Source: Eledone cirrhosa (taxonomy: Eukaryota). From it: DNA of 64,000 bases. The stretch covers positions 27,962,001-28,026,000 of the forward strand of contig OZ024756.1 in NCBI GenBank assembly GCA_964016885.1, in the 5' to 3' direction. The position numbers were made by a program, and so were the translations under genes. Below are positions 47,898 through 64,000 of this stretch, in pieces (position 1 is the stretch's first letter; each line of letters opens with the position of its first letter). Under the pieces are notes generated by a model. It had not been told where the DNA came from, did not search any database, and saw nothing but the letters and a program-made list of their open reading frames with translations.

Positions 47898-50731
47898 TAT
47901 ATAAGATTGCGAAAATTAAACGAAAATCAAAGAGAATTCTACACAAAAAGAATCGGTATATTATATCGAAAATATACAGTAATTAAACGCTTGTTATTTT
48001 TAAAAAATGACGTTTTTTCTTTCAGAAATTCATCCTTCCTCAGAAAAATGAGAATTACTGTATCTATTTATGAAGCAATTCCACTTAACACATAAATTTC
48101 ATATGATATTCGATTGGAACCCAGTTTAAATAACATATTTTATAACTCATAATCTTCAATATAACATTACTACATCAAACTTTGACAATTTATATAACTA
48201 TAGAAATATAAACAATCACGAATTTAGTTCTAGCTGTAATTGCAATAATAGGACAACTTCCTTTTGTCGTAGAAATTTCTCTGGAATGATATGGTTTATA
48301 CATGTAAGGTGGCTACATCTTCATATAGTAAAGCTTACATAGGGTTAAAATTCATGAGATTCAAACAGAAAATATACATGCAATCTCATTCATATCGAGA
48401 TCCTTTAAGAAGAAATATAACTTTACTTTCGACCTATATCTAGAGTTTGAAAGACAGAAACATCCGATATATGTTACATTTAGTGGCACTATCTAACGCT
48501 TCATCTTACAGCCTCTATAAAAACCTTGTGATCTTTGTGCTGTTGAAGGCTTAGATATATTCTACGTCAATGTATGTATTTGAAACAAAAAATCTGAAAT
48601 AGTTTTCACTATTAAACATAAACTATATAAACCTTTACTGTGTATTTCAGGCCAACATTTTATCCAAATAGATAAGACTAGTCTACAGCTCAACAGAATA
48701 CACATGATATACGTCATGATGCTATAGTTAACAATTATGTTATATAGGTTTTTATTATATTTTTAGTCGATAGAAGGCCGGACGCCATGCTTTGATGCAT
48801 AGAGTTACGGCCCTTGTCATTCTGTGTTCAAATCCCGCCGAGGTTAACTTTCATCCTTACGGGGTCGATAAAATAAAGTGCCAGTAATGCACTGTGTAAT
48901 TGCTGGCCTTGTGCCAAAAGTAGAAACAATTATGTTTTTATACTACATATTATTACACTAAATCACCCTTATAGGCGAATGTCTACGTAGAGATATGTAT
49001 GACAACGAATAGCTTAGCATTACACCTTCTTCTTCTTCTCCTTCTCCTTCTCCTTCTTCTTATCCTTATTATTATTCTCCTTCATCTTCTTCTCCACGTT
49101 CTCCTTCTTCTCCCACTTATTCCGTAGAAGGTGGTGGTGACATGGATCTCAAACACTCCTTCCAGTCGGTCTTGGCAGAGACCACCATTTCCAACTGATA
49201 CGACGTGACCGGACAAGCTCATGGCTGTTCTCCAACTACCTTACTCGGGGTCTCCTGCCAGTTGGTTTTACCCGTTAAATCAGTCCAGCAATATTTTTCT
49301 AACATATTCTAACCATATGCCCATAGTATAGGAGCTGTGATCCCCCAATTCGGAAAAGTAGTGCCTCTATCTGGAGTGACTCTCTGATCTTCGATCTACG
49401 CACTGTATTAAGTAAAGTCCCAAATGATTGTTATTTTTTCAGTCTTAGTTATATTTTCTGTTCCTACCAGTTTTCTGCATGTTCTGCCTTGTATTTTATT
49501 CATATCATCCAGTGGATATATAGCCGCAGCATATCATGTCTACTCTTATATTCAGTGGGTTCTAGTGTGGGACATCCTCATATTATATGGTCAATTGTTT
49601 CAAGTTGTACTTACATATCCTGGAAATCCACTCCATTTCTTAGAATACTTGCTTGATAATTCCTAGTAAAGAGACTTCGTTCTTGGACAGCTAAACTGAA
49701 GCCTTCAGGTTCAGATGTTAATCCTAAAGGTCGTAACCACTGCTGTGTTTCTACTTAATCTATATCAGTATCTTGGGTGTGAGGTTGGAACAGGCCGAGC
49801 AGAGGATTTTGTTACCATCTATATCTAAATGTTCTTAGAACTTCTAGCTTACACTTGCTTCTATGGATTTATTTGCCTTAGTTGGAATTAGGTCAGCTTC
49901 ATTATTTAGGTGTATGTCTTCAGTTTTTAGTTATTTCCTCTAAAATCCTGCCTCTGCGTGTACTCAATGGGGTCGCTTTAAGATTTTGTGCTCTCTTACT
50001 AACACTATTATCCACTCCTTGCTGTTCCCTTGGTAGGTTTGTAATTGTATTGCAGCTACTTTGTATGACAGTTCCAGTTGGATTAGTCTCTTCGCCCTTC
50101 TTGTCTTGGCACACATAGGCGATCTACGTCTATCTTGGGGTGATGTATTTTGTTGGCTGTAATGTATTTACGAGTATTGGAGTCTATTCTTTAAAGATCA
50201 GATAAGTTTCATTTGATGATGTTATAACTATATCGTACCAATGGTTTCAAGATCTGATTTATACTTCTGTAATATTCTTTCCGTATTTTCTCCTTCAGTG
50301 TGTTTACTTCCATCATCTTCGTTTATGCCAAGATATATTGAGGTACATTGGTTGTATCTATATCGAGTTTAAAAGATGATACTTTTGTTAAATTCCTCTT
50401 TTATAACGATCCTTTAGTGCCTTTATCAAGACCAAATTACATGCCAATGTTATCGATACATTGCTTCACAGTTTTAGGTCATCCATAAAACACAAATGGT
50501 TAAAGATCTTCCTCTTACAAGGTATCTCAGGTTTTAGGTTCAAGATTGTTACAACTGTATAGTAAGGGAGCCGTTCCAATACTGACCTCTCCTCAGACAC
50601 CAGTTACGACGAATTTTTCCAATGTGTGAAATGTAATAAAATTTCTTTATTTTAAAACAGATCTTTTGAAATAGATTAAGTAATGTTTTTTTCTTAACAA
50701 TCTATGGATACCCTGCTATCGGACGCACACG

Positions 50732-50792
<61 letters not shown>

Positions 50793-50807
50793 ATATATAT
50801 ATAAATG

Positions 50808-50846
<39 letters not shown>

Positions 50847-51143
50847 ATATGGAGAATAGAAATGGCTGTGTAGTTGCTATTTAAGGTAACTTAAAATGTA
50901 GTGGGAATACGAAGAAAGCAAGAAGATGGGGGGGGGGCATCAATTGTCTACTGGGGTCTAGGATATATATATATATGTATAAATATATATACTAGAGTGT
51001 GTTGGAGTTAAACACCCTCTTCATATTATATATAATGTTTAATAAAGAAATGTATAGAAACCATTTCTATATTAAACATTACATAATATATTATGCAGTG
51101 AGAACATTACTTACTGTGGCTACCCTCGGTTGATCCCGGGATA

Positions 51144-51190
<47 letters not shown>

Positions 51191-51463
51191 AGACACACAC
51201 AACTATGTATATACATATATATATATTTGAAAAAAAGGAAAAGAATGACTTCATTTGTAGTGTTTAAAAGATTTTTGATTTAATGTATTATAATATTATG
51301 AGTTGGTAGATCCAGTTGGTAGATCCAGTCCAGACTGGATCTACCAAATCATAATATTATAATATTATAACATTAAATCAAAACATTTTTAACACTACAA
51401 GTGAAGTCATTCTTTTCTTTTTTTTTCAAATATACCTAACTGTACCAAGGATCTCACACATTT

Positions 51464-51524
<61 letters not shown>

Positions 51525-51894
51525 TGGGAAAGTAAGAAATCGGAGATTAGACCGTTAAAACATGTTTATTTAAAATACCACCTACGTACGTTTCGCCCAA
51601 CTGCTTACGCTCTGCTAACTCTTTAGCCCACTAAATATTAACACTTCGAATATTTAATACTGCCGGCACTAGTATCGAGCACCTTTGGCATACGCTACTT
51701 GGCAAATAACTATATGTATCACCTATCCTCCCATTTTTTCTCTCTCTCTCTATAGTATGTATATATATACATACATGCACAAATATATATATATGTACGT
51801 ATGGCTTCACCGAACATTTATTATAATGCTCGGTGTGTTTGTAAACAATCATCCCGAATTAAAGTGAGAAATTTCATTTCATTTCATTTTTTAC

Positions 51895-51937
<43 letters not shown>

Positions 51938-52403
51938 ATTATTTACTATAGAATATAATTATATATATATATAGATTCTGGAATATATAAATAGTTCACC
52001 GACTGAATATATACACTGTTTCCCCATTAATAACAACTAGATTGAAGGAACGTGTATGCACATGACGAAATAATATATCTCCTACAATCTGGTAGATTTT
52101 TATCTTATAATTTTCTGAGCATGACGTTAAAATATATTTTGGAATACTTGTCTTAACCTATTACATAATACATCCAATCAAAAATCTTAACCATACTCAG
52201 AACACGCCCATATCTGTAGATAAATCAATCTTATTGGTTTATCAATTTACCAGTAGATCATTGGATAATATTGGGTCGTATTCAACTGTATATATTAAAA
52301 TGTTTTCGCACACTAAGTCATTTCTAAGTCTCCAGTTTACGTTACATAGTCCTATCGTTACTTTGTTACCAAACCTCACATATTATCGACAACCACTACA
52401 ACA

Positions 52404-55529
<3,126 letters not shown>

Positions 55530-55684
55530 ATACAGAATTGAAAAATGTACTGTTTTCTATTTAGTATTCAACTAAGAATTACCCACGCATGTATAACATT
55601 ATTACTGTAATAAAAAATATGAATTATATTGTACTCATTTACAAGGTTTTTATATATTTTTTTCTCAGTATAATATTAAATAAT

Positions 55685-55777
55685 TGTTTCTACTTTTTGG
55701 CACAAAACCAGCAATTATCCCAGTGTATTACTGGTACTTTATTTTATCGACCTTCTACTGATACTGCCAATCCACCG
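55685..55777 (-). mobile_element. Internally deleted SINE specific to the copy 3 3' flank/UTR, with 11-bp TSD
   Basis: TSD TATTAAATAAT at 55674-55684 and 55778-55788. Absent from the homologous site in copies 1 and 2. Confidence 0.85.
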
Positions 55778-56118
55778 TATTAAATAATGAAAACAAATAT
55801 AAACTAGATTGTATTTCAATGATTGTGTATAAAAATAAATGAGTTGATTCTGTGTGTCTCTTATTAAATATTGTACTCTGTAAATTTGCTTTGGTTCATT
55901 GAGGTTTATTGTTGTGAGATATGTAACAGAAACATATTTTACTCAACAACGCATTGCATGTGGGTCATTTCTCCATGTGGTATTGACTTATGTATATATA
56001 ACAACACAACCAGGAGCTGGACATATCGATGTATGGACAGAGTAAAACACACTTCAACAACATGTGTACCTGCCTTTTCCAAACCAATCCGGACTGCCTG
56101 AAGAGTACTATTATTAGC

Positions 56119-56212
<94 letters not shown>

Positions 56213-56447
56213 TAAAGTAGAAAATTGTAGTGAGGTGAAGCCAACAGTATTTCATAATATATAAGTGACTATAGCGTCAAAATGGCAAAATAGTTAACGT
56301 AAGATGTGGGAAAATAATTCAAACTCAATTCAATGAAAATCAAGACAGATTAATCCATAGAATTTTGTGAATTCCAGCGAAAAATCAAGAGCTTTAATTC
56401 AGAATAAGATAAAGTTTATAATATATATATATATTATATATATATAT

Positions 56448-56564
<117 letters not shown>

Positions 56565-56797
56565 ATACTTGGTGAGGGTCATATTTGCGTAATATTGCCA
56601 GAATTAATAACAGAACACACTCACTGTTTGGTTGGTTTTCGCTTCTCGCTGTCTTTTATATCTGCGATCTAACTTACTCGGTCCTCAATGTTGCCATTGA
56701 CTGACAATATTACGCAAATATGACCCTCCCCAAGTATAACAATATCTGTTTCGACACACGATTTCATATAAAAAACCTCACTAAACTAATTCATCGC

Positions 56798-56845
<48 letters not shown>

Positions 56846-56895
56846 GTAGGACAGAACAAAGGAGAGGCACAAAAAAATAAAGAAAAGAATCCCCA

Positions 56896-56938
56896 GTTAC
56901 TGAAGAGGTCACAGAATGTGTGACGAAAGAACTTTGAC
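56896..56938 (+). ncRNA. Hammerhead fold (family G) with intact NUH
   Basis: GUUA-CUGAAGA-G.GUCACA-GAAUG-UGUGAC-GAAA-GAAC-UU|UGAC. Stem III is weak. Confidence 0.65.
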
Positions 56939-57072
56939 AATATATAAACAACCATCTGGTTGTGGAACCAACCAACCAACCGGAAATTTATAAATTCCTG
57001 AATTTATGAATAATTGAAGTGAAAGCAACTGGTGCGTGTGTTTCTTATTGGCAACATGACCCTCCCAAAGTA

Positions 57073-57152
<80 letters not shown>

Positions 57153-57177
57153 TGCAATAAACAACATAAGGTAATTA

Positions 57178-57237
57178 TTTCATTTACCAGTGGTTTCTTG
57201 AAAGCAAACAAATTTTGCTTTCAATCGTCAAAACGAA
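57178..57237 (-). ncRNA. Type I hammerhead ribozyme (family B), core UUGACGA
   Basis: Tandem partner of 57667-57726, 489 bp away. Stem II is UUGAAAGCAAA/UUUGCUUUCAA. Confidence 0.65.
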
Positions 57238-57337
57238 AAAATCCTGGTGTATTTATTGACATTGGATTTTAAAAACAAAAATATAATCTATATGAAAGTA
57301 GGGCTGTAAAAGGAAGTAGGAATGGAAAAATAAACAC

Positions 57338-57393
<56 letters not shown>

Positions 57394-57544
57394 ACACGCA
57401 TATACATACACACATACATATACACATACACAACATACATATAAATAAATACATACACACACACACACATATACACATACACATACATATACATACACAT
57501 ATACATACACATATACATACACATGCATACATACATATATATAA

Positions 57545-57637
<93 letters not shown>

Positions 57638-57666
57638 GTTCTGTAATAAACAACATAAGGCAATTA

Positions 57667-57726
57667 TTCCATTTACCAGTGGTTTCTTAAAAGCAAAAAA
57701 TTTTGCTTTCAATCATCAGAATGAAA
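57667..57726 (-). ncRNA. Type I hammerhead ribozyme (family B), canonical
   Basis: Reverse complement: UUUCAUU-CUGAUGA-UUGAAAGCAAA[AUUU]UUUGCUUUUAA-GAAA-CC-ACU-GG-UA|AAUGGAA. Confidence 0.85.
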
Positions 57727-58533
57727 AAATCGTGGTGTATTTATTGACAATTGGATTCTAAAAACAAAAGTGCAATCTATATGAAAGTGAGGCTGGAGAA
57801 GGAAGAAGGAAAGGAAAAATAAAATAAAAACACACATGCAAACACACACACACACACACACACACAATTATATACATACACATATATATATATATATACA
57901 TACACACATACATACACACACATATACACACACACACACATATATATATGTGTATATATATACATACACATACATATACACATACATACATACACACATA
58001 AATATCAACATATCCATACATACACATACATATATACAACCACACGCATATATATACACATATATATATAGAAATATAAATATATATATATATATGCATA
58101 CACATACACATTCATAGCCATACACACATACATATACATACATGCATACATACACACAATCATACGTATATACACACGTACATACATACACATACATACA
58201 CGCATATATACATGCATACATATGCATGCACAAAAATAGAAAAATATACACACACCTCTACATACTCACACACGCAAATAAATAATAAAAGACATAAAAA
58301 GAAAATAAAGACTATTATAAAGTTGACAGCGATACAGGCAACAAATAAATGAACAAACACACGTGGTAAGCAATACACACAAATGCACGTATACATACAT
58401 ACGTAAAAATAAATACATACACACACTCTCACACATAAATATACATATACAAATACATAAACACATACATACGCATACACAAATACATACACACACACAT
58501 ATATATACATATATACACACACATATACATACA

Positions 58534-58627
<94 letters not shown>

Positions 58628-58820
58628 CATACATAGCCATACAATTATACACATACATATACATACATAGCACAAACACGCACAACCAAATACAAACACA
58701 CATATATATATATGTGTGTGTAAAACTCATTCTTAGATAATTCATATGAACCTTATTTAACTCTAAAATATATATATATATACGATATTAATAAATGGAA
58801 ACTATATCTAAAACCATATC

Positions 58821-58885
58821 TATTTTATTATACATATTTCAAGGATACCATGTTAAATTATGGTATGCTTTCATCAGACAAAATA
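58821..58885 (-). ncRNA. Type I hammerhead ribozyme (family A) in a pLTR remnant
   Basis: Stem II AAG.C.AUACCA/UGGUAU.C.CUU covaries with other family A copies. Core intact. Confidence 0.8.
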
Positions 58886-59043
58886 CAATATATACCAGTT
58901 TTATATATATATATATACACATACACATACATACACATACATACATACTAACATACACATATATACCTACACACACATACATACATACTAACATACACAT
59001 ATATACCTACACACACATATATACATACACATACGTATGCCTA

Positions 59044-59086
<43 letters not shown>

Positions 59087-59364
59087 ACATATACATATAT
59101 AACTCAATATATATATATATATATATGAGAAAGAACATAAATATTATAAGATAAATATTGTATATATAAAAAAATTGGGAATACGACAAATAATAAATGA
59201 AAAAATATATATTTAGAAAAGGGTATAAATGGCCATAGCAGACCTAGAGCACTCAACAAGATTCTGGAGCAAAAGATCAATGAAAATAATCATCAAATCA
59301 CTATATGTAATGATGCACATACATACACCCTTATACATATATACATATATACATATATACATAT

Positions 59365-59395
<31 letters not shown>

Positions 59396-59687
59396 CATAC
59401 ACACACACACAAAAAAACACAACCACAGAAATACAAACACATACAATTACGTATATATACATATATATATATGTATCTATATACACACACATAGGAAAAA
59501 GTCTGACCCTACGGCAGAGCTCAAGCCTTTTCTGAGGCTATTATATAAAAACACACAAAACCATTATATAAAAAAATACACATACACGCACAAATATACA
59601 CACGCCCATACACACATATTAAAGTTATATATACACACATACATACATACACATATATACATACATATGTATATATATATATATAAA

Positions 59688-59720
<33 letters not shown>

Positions 59721-59915
59721 TACATACACACATACATACATATAAATATATACACACACGCGCACAAATACAACAGAAATATATAATATATACGATTAAA
59801 TATACATATACAATTACATACAGATAGATATAAACATACATACACACACATATACATACACATATCCATATACACACACATATACACACACACACATATA
59901 TATACATATATATAT

Positions 59916-59972
<57 letters not shown>

Positions 59973-60199
59973 TACATATACGCAACACAAAAAAAAATGT
60001 TTAATATCTAAAAGTAAAATAAATGTTTGGTATATGAAGGGTAAGGCAAAAAAAATAGGGGGGAAAAGAGGGGGAAAATTACATAGGAAAAGGTATAAAT
60101 ATAAGGGGAGATAAGGGAGAAAGAGAATACAAGAGTACAGAACGTGGATTCAGCAAGTAAAAAAACCGTATTGGATGTAAAGAGCAGAGCAGGAGTTCA

Positions 60200-61285
60200 A
60201 GCTGGTTGAGTTATCATAGAAATGTCAATCCAGTTACAGATCAGATGTGATTTCAGATGAGGACAACATCTGAAGATCTCGGTCTTTGAGTTCAGGCAAG
60301 CAGAAGTGGCTTTCAAGTTTAGCAAAATCCTATATTTTTCTGTGGTACACAAAAAACAATTCTATGTGCCCCTTTGGTACTCCCTCGAATGGTCTAAAAT
60401 AGACCAATCGATAGAGTACGGGATGTTTTTATCCTTGAATTCCCATACCTTACTTGCGAGGGCCGTTGTTGTTCGTTTATCGGAGTGCTTAAAAGAAGCG
60501 ACATGTGCATAAAACCTGGTTTTAAACTTGTCCTGGGTCATGCCGACATATCTCTCACGCCTGGTGTTACTTTAGCCTCATAAACAACAGATTTCGTGTT
60601 ACATTTGCCCTGCAATGGGCATTCATCCAGCTTCCTGCAACTGCATCCTGGATTTGTTCTCGTATGATTTGAATTAGTGATCTTCGACTTCATAGATGGG
60701 CAACAAGAGTAACTGATCTTAACTACATTCCTATTAAATATCTTATAATATCTATGATTAGGAGGAAAATGTTTATCTAAGAGTTCAAGGAATTTCCTTC
60801 CTACATTAGTTTTGACGGTTAGAGAGAAGGGGGTGTAAACCAAATAATTTTCCTTTTCCTATTATTGTGGTTAGTTTTAGGGGGGTAGTAGGTAAATAAT
60901 AAATTTGTTCTGTAAAACCGCTGTTTTTAAGGGCTTTATTATAATAAGGGGCGGCTTTATTAAAAATGTCTATAGACGAAGATAAGGTAGAAATCCTACG
61001 GCTAATGTTGGGATTAAGATTATTAAAAACTATAGGGGCATGTCAAGACTGTATATACCTAAGATTTTCATTAGGTTTATGATAAGGTTTAAAAGAGGCG
61101 GTAAGTAGATCAAGATTAATATCAAGAAAGTTAGCATTGGTAAGGTTCGTATCTATAGTGATTTTAAGGTTAAGATTAGCAAAAGTATTGATTAAATCTT
61201 TACGGAATTTATCAAGGTTATGGCCGTTGGTGGTATGAGAAACAGCCAATCCGTCATCACGGTATAAACCGACGGAATTACTTCA
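60200..61285 (-). mobile_element. 5'-truncated Naiad-type Penelope element (RT C-terminus + GIY-YIG)
   Basis: VGLYRDDGLAV, FLDINLDL, FSLTVKTNVGRKFL, IFNRNVVKISYSC and CSCRKLDECPLQGKC...VVYEAKV. Frameshifted. Confidence 0.85.
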
Positions 61286-61548
61286 TTTATATATATTTTT
61301 TATTTATTAAAATAACAGATTAAAGTTTAAGCAAAGAATCGCTCTACGGTTCTTATATATTTGATATATATTTATCCTTATCGAGCCCTCTTTGGATTTT
61401 AGTCTTCAAAGTTATTATTATTACTATATATATATATATATATATATACATACATATAAATACATACACACACATGTATGTGTGTAAAACTCATTCTTAG
61501 ATGTATTCATTGAACCATATTTAACTCTTAAATAATATACCCACACAC

Positions 61549-61579
<31 letters not shown>

Positions 61580-61696
61580 CAAGAAAATACATAAATATTA
61601 TATATATATATATATAAATAAAATTAAAAAGGTGAACGGGGTAAACAAATAGTTGGGAATACGGCAAATAATAAATAAATTCCGACGGAATTACTT

Positions 61697-61830
<134 letters not shown>

Positions 61831-62061
61831 GAAACACACAGATACATGCGGACACACACATATATACATGAATGCATCCGCACCCAACTGCGAGTTAAGG
61901 GTGCCAACTTCACCGATGTTGCTCAATGAATGACTGGGACAGACCAATTCAGTTTGAACCAGACTGAACCAGTATCAGAGTTAAAAATACATTATGAAGA
62001 GAGAAGAAACATTTAGATATAATTAGTAATAAAATGTATCATACCTAAACTGCTCCTAAAT

Positions 62062-62149
62062 TCCTCGACTACGTAGTTTCGTGGCATAAACAAAAACAAT
62101 ATATCAAAGATATAGAGTCCTTGCGAGGTCTGCCAACTTATCAAGAGGA
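62062..62149 (-). ncRNA. Variant hammerhead ribozyme (family H, U3-A8)
   Basis: Reverse complement of 63232-63319. Confidence 0.8.
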
Positions 62150-62652
62150 TACCTCATTTTACTAGTCTCAAGAACGCGTCTACACGACGTGAGAAAGAAT
62201 CCCAAAAGGCGGAGGGGGAGATAGTCACGCGATATAACGGTCGAGAAACAGAGCTAAGCCTCTTATAACCACAAAGAAAATACCACGGAGGCGGAGGGGG
62301 TATTCATATCGAGGCCGTAGAAGAGGTAGTGAAGAAGGCGAGAAGTACGAGTAATGGAAGCTTTCCAGTTGTCCCCACACTTCAAAGATTGCTCGACCAG
62401 AGGGAGTTATTAATATATTTAGAAACACACAGATACATGCGGACACACACATATATACATGAATGCATCCGCACCCAACTGCGAGTTAAGGGTGCCAACT
62501 TCACCGATGTTGCTCAATGAATGACTGGGACAGACCAATTCAGTTTGAACCAGACTGAACCAGTATCAGAGTTAAAAATACATTATGAAGAGAGAAGAAG
62601 CATTTAGATATAATTAGTAATAAAATGTATCATACCTAAACTGCTCCTAAAT

Positions 62653-62740
62653 TCCTCGACTACGTAGTTTCGTGGCATAAACAAAAACAATATATCAAAG
62701 ATATAGAGTCCTTGCGAGGTCTGCCAACTTATCAAGAGGA
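62653..62740 (-). ncRNA. Variant hammerhead ribozyme (family H, U3-A8)
   Basis: 591 bp from the previous copy, same sequence. Confidence 0.8.
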
Positions 62741-63231
62741 TACCTCATTTTACTAGTCTCAAGAACGCGTCTACACGACGTGAGAAAGAATCCCAAAAGG
62801 CGGAGGGGGAGATAGTCACGCGATATAACGGTTCAAACTGAATTGGTCTGTCCCAGTCATTCATTGAGCAACATCGGTGAAGTTGGCACCCTTAACTCGC
62901 AGTTGGGTGCGGATGCATTCATGTATATATGTGTGTGTCCGCATGTATCTGTGTGTTTCTAAATATATTAATAACTCCCTCTGGTCGAGCAATCTTTGAA
63001 GTGTGGGGACAACTGGAAAGCTTCCATTACTCGTACTTCTCGCCTTCTTCACTACCTCTTCTACGGCCTCGATATGAATACCCCCTCCGCCTCCGTGGTA
63101 TTTTCTTTGTGGTTATAAGAGGCTTAGCTCTGTTTCTCGACCGTTATATCGCGTGACTATCTCCCCCTCCGCCTTTTGGGATTCTTTCTCACGTCGTGTA
63201 GACGCGTTCTTGAGACTAGTAAAATGAGGTA

Positions 63232-63319
63232 TCCTCTTGATAAGTTGGCAGACCTCGCAAGGACTCTATATCTTTGATATATTGTTTTTGTTTATGCCAC
63301 GAAACTACGTAGTCGAGGA
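63232..63319 (+). ncRNA. Variant hammerhead ribozyme (family H, U3-A8)
   Basis: UCCUC-UUGAUAA-G.U.UGGCA[44-nt insert]UGCCA.C-GAAA-CUACGUAG-UC|GAGGA. Predicted cleavage after 63314. Confidence 0.8.
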
Positions 63320-63822
63320 ATTTAGGAGCAGTTTAGGTATGATACATTTTATTACTAATTATATCTAAATGTTTCTTCTCTCTTCATAATGTATTTTTAA
63401 CTCTGATACTGGTTCAGTCTGGTTCAAACTGAATTGGTCTGTCCCAGTCATTCATTGAGCAACATCGGTGAAGTTGGCACCCTTAACTCGCAGTTGGGTG
63501 CGGATGCATTCATGTATATATGTGTGTGTCCGCATGTATCTGTGTGTTTCTAAATATATTAATAACTCCCTCTGGTCGAGCAATCTTTGAAGTGTGGGGA
63601 CAACTGGAAAGCTTCCATTACTCGTACTTCTCGCCTTCTTCACTACCTCTTCTACGGCCTCGATATGAATACCCCCTCCGCCTCCGTGGTATTTTCTTTG
63701 TGGTTATAAGAGGCTTAGCTCTGTTTCTCGACCGTTATATCGCGTGACTATCTCCCCCTCCGCCTTTTGGGATTCTTTCTCACGTCGTGTAGACGCGTTC
63801 TTGAGACTAGTAAAATGAGGTA

Positions 63823-63910
63823 TCTTCTTGATAAGTTGGCAGACCTCGCAAGGACTCTATATCTTTGATATATTGTTTTTGTTTATGCCACGAAACTACG
63901 TAGTCGAGGA
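63823..63910 (+). ncRNA. Variant hammerhead ribozyme (family H, U3-A8)
   Basis: Stem I is UCUUC/GAGGA, where C-G becomes a U.G wobble and pairing is kept. Predicted cleavage after 63905. Confidence 0.8.
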
Positions 63911-64000
63911 ATTTAGGAGCAGTTTAGGTATGATACATTTTATTACTAATTATATCTAAATGTTTCTTCTCTCTTCATAATGTATTTTTAACTCTGATAC

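Noticed and set aside
62225-63747. 63-aa and 75-aa ORFs in the 591-bp unit
   Set aside because: Non-ATG or microsatellite-derived starts, overlapping on opposite strands, with no recognisable motif. Their recurrence only reflects repeat identity.

Overview
AT-rich, microsatellite-saturated animal DNA. The SINE type and repeat landscape suggest a cephalopod such as octopus, but this is inference. Most ORF-track entries are (TA)n, (CA)n or (CAA/CAC)n artefacts. Real content: (1) Three tandem ~10-11.6 kb duplications, each with an intact 4-exon gene for a ~252-aa type II membrane protein. It ends in a short-chain-collagen-C4 (spongin/NC1-like) domain with no collagen helix, and the amino-acid differences fall in the last exon. 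A fourth, orphan first exon lies at 7.5 kb. (2) Several decayed Penelope-like retroelements (Naiad-type RT + GIY-YIG), one near full length with pseudo-LTRs. (3) About eight sequence-distinct families of type I hammerhead ribozyme folds, all read by eye. (4) A non-coding, head-to-head 591-bp tandem array at 61.8-64 kb in which every unit carries a variant hammerhead (U3-A8 core, large stem II insert, palindromic stem III). This is the best candidate for a novel retrozyme/circular-RNA element. (5) Non-autonomous Helitrons: one inserted inside a hammerhead, and a composite copy carrying the adjacent Penelope LTR sequence. (6) tRNA-derived SINEs, LINE scraps, many foldbacks and a 200-N gap. No folding or alignment software was run, so ribozyme activity is untested.
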